Below the pieces are notes generated by a model. The model ran no database searches and had not been told where the DNA came from. It saw only the letters and a list, made by a program, of their open reading frames with translations. This document shows, piece after piece, positions 12,221 through 25,540 of a stretch of 64,000 nt of DNA. Source of the DNA: Prorocentrum cordatum (lineage: Eukaryota). Every line of letters begins with the position of its first letter. The first letter of the stretch is position 1. The position numbers were made by a program, and so were the translations under genes. The stretch is taken from positions 620,001 through 684,000 of the forward strand of contig CAUYUJ010000002.1 of NCBI GenBank assembly GCA_963575745.1. The letters are read 5' to 3'.

Positions 12221-13020
12221 ACTACCTCGTCTTAGCCGGGAGGGGTGACTTGCGACGTAACCAGTTGCACTCTTCCCCCTTGCAGCCCACGGCGGCCCCC
12301 GTCGATCCCCTTTTTCCCTTCGTTCGGACTACCCCCCCCTTACTCCTCGCCGTCAGAGTCAACGCTACCCCGTCGGGGCACGGCGGAAGCGGACGTGGTC
12401 TACGCCACCTGAGCGGTAGCCACGTGCACAGGCGGCTTCAGGCGCCGCACACGGCCAGCCTTACGGCAGCGCCCCCCGCGGGAGCGCTCGCGGCGCGGAT
12501 CGAGGCGTTCATTGAGTCGAGCAGCGGCGGCGGCAGGAGGGGGATGAGGAGGAGGAGGAGGAGAAGGAGGAGGAGTGGCATGCCCAGGAAAAGCTGCACA
12601 AACGACTGCGACAACATCAACTTCGCATACTCCATAGTCATCGTTTACCTTCCGTAAACGACGTTCCACTCGGTCTTCTGCGGGCTACTTCGTCTTAGCC
12701 GGGCGGCGTGACCTGCGACGCAGCCAGTTACAATCCTCTCCCTTGCAGCCCGCGGCGACCCCCGTCGACCCCCTCTTGCCTGACGTTCGTGCGACCTCCT
12801 TCACCCCCCCTCCTCGCCGTCAAAGTCAACGCTGCCCCGTCGGGGCACGGCGAACGGACGTGGTCTACGCCGCGTGAACCGTGGCCACGTGCACAGGCGG
12901 CCTCAGGCGCCGCATACGGCCCGCCTTGCGGCAGCGCCCCCCGCGGGGGCGCGCGCGGCGCGAATCGAGGCATTCTCCGAGTCGAGCAGCGGCGGCGGCA
13001 GGAGGGGGATGAGGAGGAGG
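12221..13020 (+). repeat. Local direct duplication of ~340 bp (12221-12560 and 12685-13020)
   Basis: Both copies start ctac.tcgtcttagccggg and encode HVHRR.QAPHTA.L.AAPPAGA.AARIEAF.ESSSGGGRRG. Confidence 0.85.
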
Positions 13021-16000
13021 AGGGACTGGGGGAGGTGGAGGAGGAGGAGGAGTAAGACCAGGAAGAGGAAGAGGGGGAGAAAGAGGGGGAGAAGGAGGAG
13101 GACGACGAGGAGGAGGAGGAGGAAGCGGAGGAGGAGGGGGCTATATACGCACCTCCACCCTCGCCCCGGCCTCCTCCTCGCTTCGCGCCGCCCCCGCCTC
13201 CCTCGCCTCGCCCTCGGTTGCCTTCGCCCCGGCCTAGGGCGGGCGCTGGGCCAGCCACGCGCTGGGGGCAGCGCCCGGGCCTTTCGCCCGACACGTTCGG
13301 CTGGGTTTGGACGAGGAGCAACGGGGGCAGGGAGCATCACAGGCAAATGGGAGAGGGGCCACGGAAGCGAGCGAGACGAGGAGCCACGGAGGCGAGCGAG
13401 GCGAAGAGCTACGGGGGCAGGTTGCGCGGGAGGCGAGGAGGCGAAAGAGGCGAGGGAGGCAAACGGCCCCAGCGGGAGGCGGACAGGAGAACCCCGAATG
13501 GAAACGTTAAAGAAATACCTGATTCTGGCATAGCGGGGCCCTCTGGGGAGGGCCCTGGGCGTTCTTCTGGGGCGTTTCGAATGTTTCTTGGGCCATTTTG
13601 GAACCAGGCCCTGAACGTCTCGGTCCGATCGTGTAGCGATTCGGGATACCCTTAAACCGACTGGGCGGCCTCCTGGGGCCCGTCGTGGAGCCATCACGGC
13701 TCCGAAAAAATCATGCCACAAAACGCGGGTGAGCCCAGGAGGCGCGCGGGGAACCCCGAAAGGTTTGAGAGTCTGGGGTCTGGGCCCATTAAAGAATCGT
13801 CATAAATTAACGCTGAGGCCCACGGGTTGAGCTTGGCACTTTCGGACACTTCACCTTCGTGCCACAGGGTTCGGTAGTGGATGCCGCTTTGTTTTCCTCT
13901 GAAGAGGGGGTGGGGACGTGGGCGAAGGGGGATACCATGGCCAGGGCAGCGACCTCCCGAATCTCGCGGCCCTCCCTTCGTCTGTCAACGCCGTTCCCTG
14001 GACCCCGTTCGTGCTCGCACGTGCTTCGGGCAGCGATGCGCTGACCTCCCTCGCCATGGCCCCCTCTCTGTCTCAGACAAGGAAAACCTACCCGTGCATG
14101 ACTTTTCGACGGTTTCGAAGGCATGCGCTGCGCGAACGTTCGTAACACAAGGCCCGCCTCGGGGCGTTGTGGGTCGTACTCAAAGGGGTCATTCGGCGCG
14201 TGTGCATCTGCCGTCTGCCCTTGTCTGCGGCTCCATATCTTGAGTGGGCTGGACGGCCTCCTCCCTTATTTCCAGTCTCGAATTCCGAGCGCTGGTGCGA
14301 AGAGAGGCCTCCGCCTGCGCGCAGCGAGCGCCAACGCCCCGAAGTGTTCCGGCGGGGGTTCGGCTTTCTGCACGCAGGATCGGGGCTGAGATCGACGCGG
14401 CACCCCACGGCCTCGGCAGTGCCCCGAACTCGAGCAGCGAAGCGGCTCGGCTCGACACGCCTGTAAGGGGGACGTGCCTGTAAGGGGGACGTGCCCGACC
14501 TAAACGTAAGAGTAGCCTTTATCCAGAGTGACCTTTGGTGCGGACGCATTTCGGCCCCGAGATGGCTGCACGTGGTGCGATGGCAGCGGCTTGCGCGCTC
14601 CGATTATGCTGCCCCGCGGCCCCCAAAATTCACGCGCCAAAAGTCAGTCTTGCCCAGGGTCGCCCTTGCGTCTGGCCGAGACACGTCGGGGGTTGTTTCG
14701 GGCGCCCCTGGCCCGAGGTGCCCCCAGCTTCCCGGTGCACCTTGGAGCCCCTGGGGCCTCCTTGGCCTCGCGAGGGGCGCACCAGAGGCCGCGGCGGCCT
14801 CGTTGAACACCCTGGGAGCGCCTTCGGGCCCAGGGCGCCTGCGGCCACCCCCCCTGCCGACGGGGGCAGGGCCGCGCCCGGCGAGGTCGCCTGCGTCCTG
14901 TCGCCGCGGAGGCCGGACCTCGCGCGGTGGTCGGCGCGGCTGCCGCCGGGCACCGTCGAGGTGCAGGCCCCCGCGGCCGCCTCGGTCGCCGCAACGGTCG
15001 TCGCCGCCGCCGCGGTCGTCGCCACGGTCGTCGCCGACGCGGTCGTGCCATTTTTGTTCCGCCACCATTTCCTCTCATCGCCCTGCCTGCTCCTCCCAAT
15101 CCCCAGTGTTTTCGCATCTCCCTCCCTCGTCGCAGTTATCTCGTCCCTCTTCCTCCAGCTTCCTTTCCTCGTCCTCTTTCTCGCGTGTCTTCCTCCTCCT
15201 CCTCTTCCTCGTCCTCCTCCTCCTCCTCCTCCTTGTTCTTCTTCTCTCACACTTCTCCTTCCCTTCATGCCTCGCTAAGGAGACCGTCGCGACGTGTTCA
15301 GGCACAGGGTGGCCGAGCGGAGGGGTCTGCTGGTGCAACCTCCTTTGCCTCGCGTAAACCCCCGGTGCCTCCTTGTGGTGTTTCTGCCTCCCTCCTTCGC
15401 TTCTCCTTACTCACTTCTGCATTTCTTCTCCGCCTGCCTCCGCTTCCCCCATCTCTCATCTGGATCCCTTCTCCGCCTCCCTTCGCTTCTCCTCCTTTTC
15501 CTCCTCCTCCTGCATCTTCCTCTTGATATGCAAGGTCCCTCCGCCTCTCTCCTTTCCTCTGCCTCCTCTCCTCTGCCTCCCTCTGCCTCCCTCCTTCTGA
15601 TCGGTTCACTCGCCCTCATTATCCCCCGCGGCAAGGGAAGGATGACGGCGACGTCCACGACCACGACGACGAAGGCTGCGGCGGTCGCCTGCGGCCCTGG
15701 GGGTCCCGAGCTGGTGGGTCCCTCGATTCCCTCGCTCCTCGATCGCCCAGCTGCACGAGCCCAAGAAAGAGGGTGACGGGGGGAGCAGGGCAGGAGCGGC
15801 AGGAAGGGCAGTGGAGGGAGAGCAGGACGAGGAGGAGGCCCGAGAGGGTGGGCAGGCGCAGCGAGCGAGCGAGTAGGGGAGGGGGGGCGGAGGGGGACGA
15901 GGAGACGGAGGAGGGAGGGCGAGGAGGCGGAGGATGGAGGGGGGAGACGGGATGGCGAGGCACGGGTGGGCCCCCGCGGGTCCCCGCGGCTCGTGGCGCG

Positions 16001-16573
16001 GTGGCGCGGCGTCGGGGTGCGGATCCGCCCCGAGAGCGTCGCCTCGGAGGTCGGCGGCGCTGGCCCCCTCTGCCACTGGGCGCCGATCGGCCATGGACTG
16101 AGGGGCCTCCACCTCCTCCTCCTCCTCCTCTTCCTCCTCCTCCTCCTCCTCCTCTTCGTCCTCCTGATCCTCCTTGTCCTCCTCCTTCTCCCTTCCACCT
16201 TCTGGCGGCGGTGGTGGAAAAACAGGCCCATCATGGACTGGGGCGCGTGGATGATTCGCAGCTGCTCCGGCTTCGGTGCAGAGTCGCCGCTAGCTCCGTC
16301 GCTGCGTCGGGTGGCATTGGTCTCACGGGCTTGGGGGGTGCTCTCGCCGATCTGTGGGATCCGGCGCTTCTCCCTGCCAGATCCGTGGATCCCCGGGCGT
16401 GGAGGAGCCGGGAAGCCAAGGCGGGTGCAGGCATGACGCTGGATCCAGGGCAGCGTGGCTGCCAGCAGGGGCTCTCGCTTCGGGGCCGCTCCCGGGGTCC
16501 AAGTCGGGGGAGCCAATGTGTGGGCGAGGCTCGCCGTGGCCAGAAAGAGCCTCCTCGCTCCCTGCAGGCGAGA

Positions 16574-16740
16574 GTTCGGCCGGGCGCGTCCCTCTACGAT
16601 CTGCGGGCGAGAGTTCAAAAATAGTCAAGACATAGTCTGGGAACGACTTTTTTGTATTTGTTGTTTTTGACATTTTCGAACGTTAGTTGATTATTTCTGT
16701 CACCCAAAATCCGCCTGTAGGGGGACTTGCCCGACCTAAG
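16574..16740. mobile_element. MITE family A copy (a right-end-only fragment lies at 14459-14504)
   Basis: Right TIR cctgtagggggacttgcccgacctaag, degenerate left TIR, and the AT-rich core shared with 45347-45508. Confidence 0.7.
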
Positions 16741-17689
16741 ACAAAAGGTAGTAAAAAGGAGCAGCTCGGGTTCGGAAGGAGCTCGCTTTTCTGGAGGTCA
16801 TGTAATGGTTGTTTTTTTGGCGCTCTCCGTGCAACTAGGTGCTAGTCGGGCCAACGTGGGACCTCGTGCCTGATTTCTAACGCGTTTCTCATGGTAGTAG
16901 CTTGACTGTTGTAGGCGTTCTTTGTGGTAGCACGGTGACTGTGCGTTCTGGCTCGGGCGGGGGCAGACCTTGCCTGACACGCAGTTCAAGCAACCGACTG
17001 AGTTCGGGAGGACGAGGGCGAGGACGGAGGGGGGCAGGGATGGCGAGGACGAGGACGAAGACAAGGAGGGAAAGGAGGAGGAGGACACGGGACGGCGAGG
17101 AGGAGGAGGAGGAGGAGGGGAGCCGTTGCCCGACTCGGGTGCGTGGCCCCCCGCCCGGCCCTCGACGCAGGGGCGGGGGGTCACGCAGCGGGCGACGGGC
17201 TAAGCGCAGCGCCCCGCCGCGCCATGGCGGTCGAGATGCCCGCGGCCAAGGCCATCACGAACGAGGGCTTCACGGGCGCCACCTTGGTGCCCAGGCCTCG
17301 AGACTGGGCCTCGAGGCTACGAGGCTCTAGGCGACGCAGCCCGCACATGGAGAATACCCAGAGCACGCCACATCGCCATCGTTGTCAGCGCTGCAGGTTC
17401 CAACAGAGACCGTGACACCAATAAGGCGGAGCTCAGGACATACAAGTAGATTTGCTATACCAGTCACCACAGAGACCGAGGATGGCAACCGCAACGCTTC
17501 CTATGGCGTCTTCGCCGTGGCCGGGCCGCCCGGCTTTTGGGCCACCGACGCCAGAGCCACCCACGGCGACTACGAGGCCCTACGCCACGACCCTCTGCCC
17601 GACGACCCCGACGACGGCACCCACGACTCTCTGCCCAACCCGACGGCCCCCGCGACCTCCCACCCAGGGGCCCCCGCGACGACAGCACC

Positions 17690-19330
17690 ACGAGTGGCCG
17701 CGTGCCTTGAGAGGGAGCCCACGGGGGGCATACCCGGGGAAGCGGCCATAGGGGCCGCTGGCCAGGCCGAAGCTGGCGCCGCCTGCCCCGTGGCGGGCTC
17801 GGCATCCCGAGTGGCCGCGTGCCCTGAGAGGGAGCCCGCGGGGGGCATATCCTCGGATACGGCCATGAGGACAGCCGAAGTCAGCCCCCTCGGAGCCCCC
17901 TACCCGACCAACCACTACGTCGGCTCCCACGGCCCACCACCACGACGGCATCCCACGACGTGCCCTGCTCACGCTTTCCCCAGCCCCCCGCGACGACCCC
18001 CGCGACGGCCGCCACGCCTCCTTACCGACGACCACTGCGACGGCCGTGCCCCGAGTGGCCGCGTGCCTTAAGAGGGAGCCCACGGGGGGCATACCCGGGC
18101 AAGCGGCCATAGGGGCCGCTGGCCAGGCCAAAGTTGGCGCCGCCTGCCCCGAGGCGGGCTCGGCATCCCGAGTGGCAGCACGTCCTGAGAGGGAGCCCGC
18201 GGGGGGCATGCCCGGGGAAGCGGTCATAGGGGCAGCCAGAGCCAGCCCCATGGAGCCCCCCTCCCGACCCCCCGACTGCCCCACGACCCCCGACCCACCC
18301 AAAGGCCCCCACGACCCACCACCACGACGGCCCCCCGAGACGGTCTCCACGACGGCCCCGACACCGCGCCCGACGCGCACCCCGCGCCCGACCCCCCCGC
18401 TGGGACTGCCTAGGCTACGCGGACAGCGCTTCAATCGCGGACAAATGGACGGCCCACAGAACGGACGATTGGACCGCTGAACCGCTGACCCCACGACCCC
18501 GTTCCATGGACCCCGTGCCCGACGGCCTCTGCGACGGCTCCCCACTCAACCCGACCTCCTCCTGCGCCCTTCCTCCCCAGGACCCCTCGCCCGACCTGAC
18601 GGCCCCAAACGCCCTCCCCTTTGCGACGCTGACGCCAGCGACCGCCACGGTGGGCGCGAGGACGGCCGCGGCCACAAGGGAGGCCCCAACGACGGCCTCA
18701 CCGAAGAAACCCAACGAGGACCACGGACACCACGACGACTCCGACAAAGGGGAGGCAGCCGAAGCGGAGGAGGGCGCGCCCGCCCCGGGACCCTGGGCAA
18801 GCAGTTACGTGTCCTACGCGCTCGCCACTCCCTTTGCAAGAGGCGGCCGCCACGCCCGGCGGCGCACCGAGAGCGAGAGGGGCCAGCAGCGCGGCCTCCG
18901 CCCGCACGCCTCAGCGCAGCGCCTATGATCCAGCTGCTGCTGCGGCGATCACAGCGTCTACTGCGCTCAGCAGCACGAGCGGAGCCACAATGACTGCGAC
19001 GTTTCCTCAGACGAGACGAGCGGCGAGGACGACGAGGACGAGACCTCCGACGACTCCGACACGCCGAGCCCACTTCTTTGCCGCCTGGCGACAGAGCCAG
19101 CGACAGTTCCAGCGGAGATGGCCATTTCACCCCTTCCCCACGACCTCTCTCCCCGCGCCCCGCGCGACCCCTACCTACGACGGTCCCCATCGACCCCCTG
19201 CCTTGCCCGACGGCCCCCACGACCCCCACGACGGCCGCACCCAGGATGGTCGCGTGCCCTGAGAGGGGGCACGTGGGGGGCATGCCCGGGGAAGCGGCCA
19301 CAAGGGCAGCCGGGGCCACCCCCCGACGGG
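17690..19330 (+). repeat. Locally repeated module (RVAAC.EREP.GG.PG.AA), about 5 copies
   Basis: cgagtggccgcgtgcc.t.agagggagccc.cggggggcat at ~17691, 17808, 18052 and 18169, plus a variant at ~19245. Confidence 0.75.
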
Positions 19331-21309
19331 TGGGCGACCCAGAAGACGGGACGAGGCGGTGAGCTGCCACGTTTGTAAATCAGCGGCCGGAGGTTTGAAC
19401 CATGAGCCGCCTCACTATACCTCCCCCTCCCTCCCGGCCGCTCTCGCCCCACTAACCCCCTCCGTCTTTTCGCATACTTTCCTCGGTCTCTCTCTCCCCC
19501 GGGGACCCGCCGTCTCCGCGGCCGCCCCCCGGGGGCCCCTCTCCCCCTCCTCGCCCGCCCGCGCACTTGCCTGACGGGGGCGGGGCCCAGACCGCACTGC
19601 CCGCTTGAAGGCTTTCATTGTACCCTTCGCCACCAGAGGGTTGGCGCTAAACCCAGATAGTGGGACAACAAAAAAAACAGTGGACCCACAGCAGCGTTCT
19701 CTCGGACGCGCTTGCACTTGTTTGGGGCTGGGAGGAGGTTTTCGGGGCGAACTGCCAAACCCCAGGGCTCGGCGAGTGTATAGCCGCCACCAGGCCCGAC
19801 CGAGCACGGGCCGCTCGGACCCTCTGTACTCGGCGCGCGGCGGACAGACCGTCGGCCAGCCACCGCTTCACCGACGCCAGCGCCGGCGACCTGACTATGG
19901 TCGCCACGGGCTGTGCACTGCGACAGCTCCCTAGGCACGTCCTCTTACGCCCCCCCCATCCGCCACATGGATGCTTTCATCCCTGTGTTGCACACACCGC
20001 AGCGCGGCAGTTGAGAAAGGCACTGCCCTACCAGCCTGCCTGGGCGGCGTGGGAGGCGGAGTGCAAGGGCGTCGAACCCGAATTTTCACAGCGCACCTCA
20101 CTGAGGACCACGACGGCGCCACACCCAGCCAACGGGGGGGAGCTAGGGGAGCTATATCGAGAGAGGAGGGGGAGGAGGAGGAGGAGGAGGAGGAGGAGGA
20201 GGAGGAGGAGGAGGAGGACCGGGAATCCGTGTCCATAGTCTTCTTTGTTGCTTTCAACTCCCCCACTGTCGGCCGACCAGCCCCCATGGGGGAAACGGCA
20301 GCGTGCGGAGCGGAGGAGGGGGGGAGGCAGAGATCCGGGAGGAAGCGGTGGCCATGGGTCGTCGGCCGCTCCGGACCATGCCTTGGCGGGGCCAGGCGCC
20401 TCCCGGAGCGGTGGTACCGGCCCTCTGCGACGTCAGCTCTGATGTCGGTCGTCCTCCCTCCTCCCCACCGTTTCCCTCCTCCCACCCATCTCCCTCCTCG
20501 CCCCTCCCCATGCCCCGCCCTCCCTCGCCCTCCTCCCCCTCGCCTCTTCCCTCCCTTGCACGTTCCCGTCCCCTCCTTGGCCCCCTCCCTCCCTCACCCG
20601 GATCCCCTCCTCCGCCCCCCCCATCCCTTTGACCTACCTCCTTGCCCTCCCCATCACCCTCGGCCTGGGGGCAGCCGAGTGGGCCCCCACCCCCATCACA
20701 CAGGGGGACCCTCAGGCATTGGAATTCATGTCCACGCCTCCACATCAGCGACTGCCCAGGCCGGGGCCCTTCTGTTCAGGCCTCCCTCCCTCCGTCCCCT
20801 CCCTGGTTCTCCTCCCATCCCCGTGCCCCCCGTCCCTCCCGTCTCCCTCCCTCCCGCCCTCCCTCTCTCCCCTCCCCCCCTCCCCCGCCCTGCCCTCCCC
20901 CTCTCCCTCCCCTCCCCCTCCCTCCCCCTCCCCTCCTCTGCCCCCCTCCCTCCCCTCCCCCCCCTCCTCACGGCCCCCTAGGCTCCCTCGGGGAGGGACC
21001 GACACCCCCGTAGGGGACCTAGGGGGCAGGCCGGAAGGAAGCGGTCCGCCTGCTAGGCCACGGTGGGCCTGCAGGCCGCTTTAATTCCGGCCAGGCAGAG
21101 GCAAGGGGGGGAGAGGATGAGGAGGAGGAGAGGAGGAGGAGGAGGAGGAGGAGGAGGAGGAGGAGGAGGAGGAGGAGGAGGAGGAGGAGGAGGAGGAGGA
21201 GGAGGAGGAGGAGGAGGAGAGGACGGACGCACAGAAGGCGTCCCGGCAAGGGCGGCCCGGCAGGGGAAGGGGAGGGCGGGGGAAGGCAGAGGGGGACGGG
21301 GGGCGGCGG

Positions 21310-24300
21310 CGGGCGTCGTCGTGGTGGTGGTGGTCATGCTGGTGGTGGTCGTGGTGGTCGAGGTGGTCGTCCTGGTGGCGGTCGTCGCGGTGGTCGTGAT
21401 GGAGGTGGTCGTGGTGGCTGGTAGGCGTGGTCGGTCTGCTAGTAGTGGCTGGTATGTGTGGTCGGTCTGTTGGTGGTGGTCGTAGTGGCTGGTAGGAGTG
21501 ACCCCCGCACGGCGGCGGTGGTGGTGGCCGCAGTGGTTGGCTGTAGCCGCCGCGTTCTGGTCGTTGTCCTGGTCGTAGTGATTGTGTCTGCCGCAGCGGC
21601 TGTCGTGCTGGCGCTGGTCGTTGTCGCGGGGGCCATGGGGCTTAGCGCCCGAGCGCGCTCAGCAGCATCTCAGCATTTCCCCTTTGGAGGGTCCTGCTGA
21701 TCTGCCGCCAGAGACCGCCCAGCAGCTCGGAGCGGTCGGCGTCGTCTAAACCGGCTCCGTAACTGCGGACAAAGTTGGCTGCTTCGTCGCTGGGCCGGCC
21801 CCCCGTCTCGAAGACAAGAGGACCAGTTTTCCTCCGTGCGGAGGGTAGCGCTCGCGCTTCTGTTCCACCGCCTGCGCGGCCGCCAGTCCGTCTCTCTCGG
21901 CCCGGGCCCCCCTGCGTGGAGCGTAGGTTGAGTGTACGCAGGTGATGCTCGCGTCGATGAAGATCTGGCGGCCGCTGGCCGGGTCGCTAGTGGAGAGGTC
22001 GAGCACTGCCTGTTGGAGCTCGCCCGTGCGGGTGTGGCGGCGGTCCCAGGCTGGGGCGGCCTGCTCCGTGGGCGCCGCGAAGCCAGTGAGTTCCTTGTGC
22101 TTCGCGGAGTGCCAGTCGCGGCAACTGTTGTGGCGGTTGTTGCGCGACGCGCCCACCCCGCACTTGACTGCGTGCCAGCCATGCGGGTCGAGGGGCTCGT
22201 TGCAGAGGCTTCCGTCCTGGCGGTGGTGCTGGCATGGAGAGCCAGGCGGCCAGACGGGGATGCCGAGCCGACGCTTGAGATTGCAGCAGAAGTGCGGATC
22301 TGGCTGGCGGGGTTCGTCTGGCTGGCGCGGGAGGAGCCAACTGCCGGCGCCAGTGCCTCCGTTTTCCCGCAGGCGCAGGCGGTGGTTTTCGTCGTGCGCC
22401 CGCAGCAGATTCCCCCTGTTGGCCGCGGAGGCCGCTCTGCCCCAGTGCCCCTGAAGCTTCGGCTGCGGTTCGGCGGCGCAGCCAATCCAGTCAAAGGGCG
22501 CCTGGAGGACGTCGGCCGCCCGGAGCGCCGCTTCTGCCTGGTCGAGCGTCTGTTTCGTCCTCGGGCAGCGGGTCCGGAATTCCTGCAGCGAGTTCGCCCC
22601 CAGGCAAGCCATGACGTCGTGAAGCAGGAGGGCCCAGCTGGCGGCGTAGGCGGCGGGCGCCGCCTGGGTGGCTGAGGGGAAAGCACATCCGCCGTCGGAG
22701 AGTCGCAGGGTGGCTTGGAGGCGTAGCGGCGCGTCCAGGGGCCCGCCAGCGAGCTGCTCGAGGCAGCCGAAGAGGACAATGTCGAGCTGCTCTGTCCAAT
22801 CCCCCTGCAGGTTGGCGCGGAGGTGGTGCGCGAAGCACCCCCGAGCGAAAGTCAGGAGGAGAGCGAAGGCGCTCTCAGCCCGCAGGCCCGCCTGTCGCAA
22901 CTCTTGCAAGCGGGCAGCAAACGCCGCGGCCTTGGCCACGGCCGTAGCTCCGTCTAGCCCAGCGTGGACGGCCACTCGTTCTTCCCCCCCTCCCTCCCCT
23001 CTCCGCTCCTGCTCGAGCCAAGGGGCGGTGTTCCCCAGGCAGGTGAGGTTGTCCACCCAGCGCCCCTGTGCGGCGGCAGGCAAGTGGCCGCGCCCTCCGG
23101 CAGACCACGCCTGAGTCTTCGTCTGGTTGACTGCAAGTCCGTGCCGCGTTAGGGAGTCGGTGACCACCTGCATGGCTGCGTCCGCGTGTTCTGGCGGGGC
23201 GAAGACCATGATGTCGTCGAGGTAGCTGAACACCCTGCAGGAGGTCGAGAGGGCCTGGAGGCGCGTGTAAACATCGTCCAAAGCGTCCGCAATGCCGATG
23301 GCAAAGAGCGCTGGCGAGAGCGGGCACCCCTGGTCCACGCCGCTGGTAGCCCGAATGCGGTGGGCGTCTTCGGCGGGGTCGCCCCACCAGTAATGCCGCG
23401 TGGTTCCCGTGAGCCAGTGGTGGGTGCACTGGAACAGCCGCGGGGCCCGACGACGCCAGCTGTCCAGGACCCTGTCGCGGGGGACACTGCTAAAAGCGTT
23501 AAAGCAGTCGAACGCCAGAGCAACCCCGAGCGGGCAAGCCTCCGACAGGGCTGTGAGGCACTTGTGCACGAGCTCGCACCCCGCCGCGCGCCCGACGGCA
23601 TATTGTTGGGGGCCGACTGCGCCCTGAACGTCGTCTTTGTAGACATCGCAGGCGGCTCTCGCAGCGAGCCGGCGGAGGACAGAACCGCACGCAATCGGCC
23701 GGAGTGTTCCGTTCCGCTTGCGCTGGGCCAGCAACCGGGCGCCAAAGTTGGCTCGCGTCGCCTCGGGGCTGAGCTTGCCGAGCAGGAAGGCGACCGCGAC
23801 CCTGGCCACCACTTCCAGAGCGTGGGTGTCGGCAAGCAAACGTGCGCCAGTGTTCAAAGCGGCTGCCGTTTGGGCCAGGTCCAGAGCGGCGCGGGCTCTT
23901 TGCGAGGCCCTTGACCACGGCCGCGGCCAGGGCAGCGCGAGTGTCGTCGTCTCTCGCTGATGGCACTTCCAGGAGGCGTTGTTCTGGCTGCTCTGGGAAT
24001 AGGCCTTGGAGGCCAGCCTGGACGCCAGCCCCCGAGGCCAGCGCGCTGGGGCGGAGGGCTCGCTGCATTGCCTTGCTGACAAGGTGTTCGTCCAGCAGCG
24101 TCTCTACCGCCCGCGCGTCCTGCTTCGCCGTCGGGGCACCATCTCCTCTTCTCGGCCCGCGGCTCGCAGTCGTAGTGGATTCGCGCCAGAGACCTCCCCA
24201 GTCCCCTTGCTCCGCCATCCGCACGCGCCTCGTGAGGATGCGTGCCAGGCCACCCGTTTTGCGCGCCTTCTGGCCACCGCGGGTCTTCCCAGGTTTGAAG

Positions 24301-25540
24301 AGCAACACTCTGTCGAAAAACGTGAACGCCTTCTCCGCCCGGGCCTGCGCGGCGGCGTCGCCAGCAGTCTTCGCGGCAAGGAACTGTTCGGCCACGCGTC
24401 CGCGGAGCTGGGCCAAAGCTGCGTTCACGTTCGTCGGCACCTGGAGAATCGTGTGGACGTCTTGCTCGAGGGCGGCGTAATCAATTGAATCCCACCACTC
24501 CAAATTCGCAGGCTGGGGCGGCATACTGCTGGAAGGGTCCTCGGGCTCGGGGCCCAGCGCCCCGTCGTCTTTCTCCAGAAGGGGCACGCCCAGCAAAGCG
24601 GCCTGGCGGGCAGTGTCGGGATCGGTCCTCGCGCGCTTGGCTCTGCCGAGGTCTGCGACGTTCTCTGCCCGCGTGGGCTGGCCAGGGCGGTCACACAGGC
24701 CTCGGACGGCGTTTTGTTGCTCCGGCGAGAACGCGCCTGTGCCCTGCACCTGATCGTAGGGCCCCAAACCGCCCTCCACGCAGCCCGGGTGGTAGTAGAG
24801 CGGGTTGGCCAAGCCACGATTGCATATTCGCAGGTCCCCTTTGGCGAGGGGTTCCCGGCATGTTGGCGCGCGGCAGAGAGCGCCGCGCCTACTCGGCATC
24901 ACACTGACGGCCCAGGAGGTGGCCCGCAGGTGTCGCCCTCTTGGTGGCGCGGGCTCGGGGTGCGGCTCTGGCGGGGGCGGGGCCGACGCTGCCGCCTCCT
25001 CTAGAGGGAAGGCTGGCCAGCAAGCCGCGGCGAGGACGGGCACGCTGGCCTGAAGCCCCAGCGTGGGGCAGCCTGCCAGGGCGACAGTGGCGCTAAGGAC
25101 GCGGCAAAGCCATGGCGTAGTGTGCGCGCCCCTCCAAATAGCCACGAGGCTTCCAGCCCCATAGGCCGCGCGGAGACCTCCCATTCGCACGGCGCTGACG
25201 GCCATGACTGGCACTGGGGATCCCGAAGCGACGGCGAGCAAGGACATCACGGGCATGCTCCCGCCTGCGATGGCGCGCCCGGTTGCGGTCAACATCACTG
25301 TGGCGATCGCCTCCGGGCGCAGCGCTTGGAAGAGGCCCCACAGCATGACCCCGGACGTGAACCGCGTAGCCACGAAGGCTCCGAAGAAGAACTTGTCGGT
25401 CCCCGAAGATTCAGGTTCACGGCGCGAGGGCCCGGCGATACTCCACCAGCAGCGCTGGTCGTGCTGGCCGCGCCACTGGCGGACGCAGCGCAAGAGCGGA
25501 GATGGTGTAGGTAGTAGAGCTCCGCGCTGGAAGTCGCCCG
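21310..25540 (-). mobile_element. RLE-type (CRE/R2-like) non-LTR retrotransposon
   Basis: Single long ORF with RT and restriction-like endonuclease domains; 3' flank is a degenerate (ACC/ACG)n tract; both boundaries are approximate. Confidence 0.85.
21642..25346 (-). pseudogene. zf-PARP + reverse transcriptase + CCHC knuckle + restriction-like endonuclease ORF with two 1-bp frameshifts
   Basis: Motifs SGPGPNG, RPIACGSVLRRL, QYAVG, FDCFNAF, GVDQGCPLSP, YLDD (23213-23224), C..C..HAVKC, RNNRHN, DL..IDAS, KRERY, then shifted PLVFETGG...GNAEMLLSALGR* (TAA 21642-21644); frameshifts at ~23839 and ~21821. Confidence 0.9.

Noticed and set aside
23830..23850. Programmed ribosomal frameshift in the RLE element
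   Set aside because: It is a single extra T inside the RT domain with no slippery heptamer, and a second indel lies at ~21821; mutation or sequencing error is more likely
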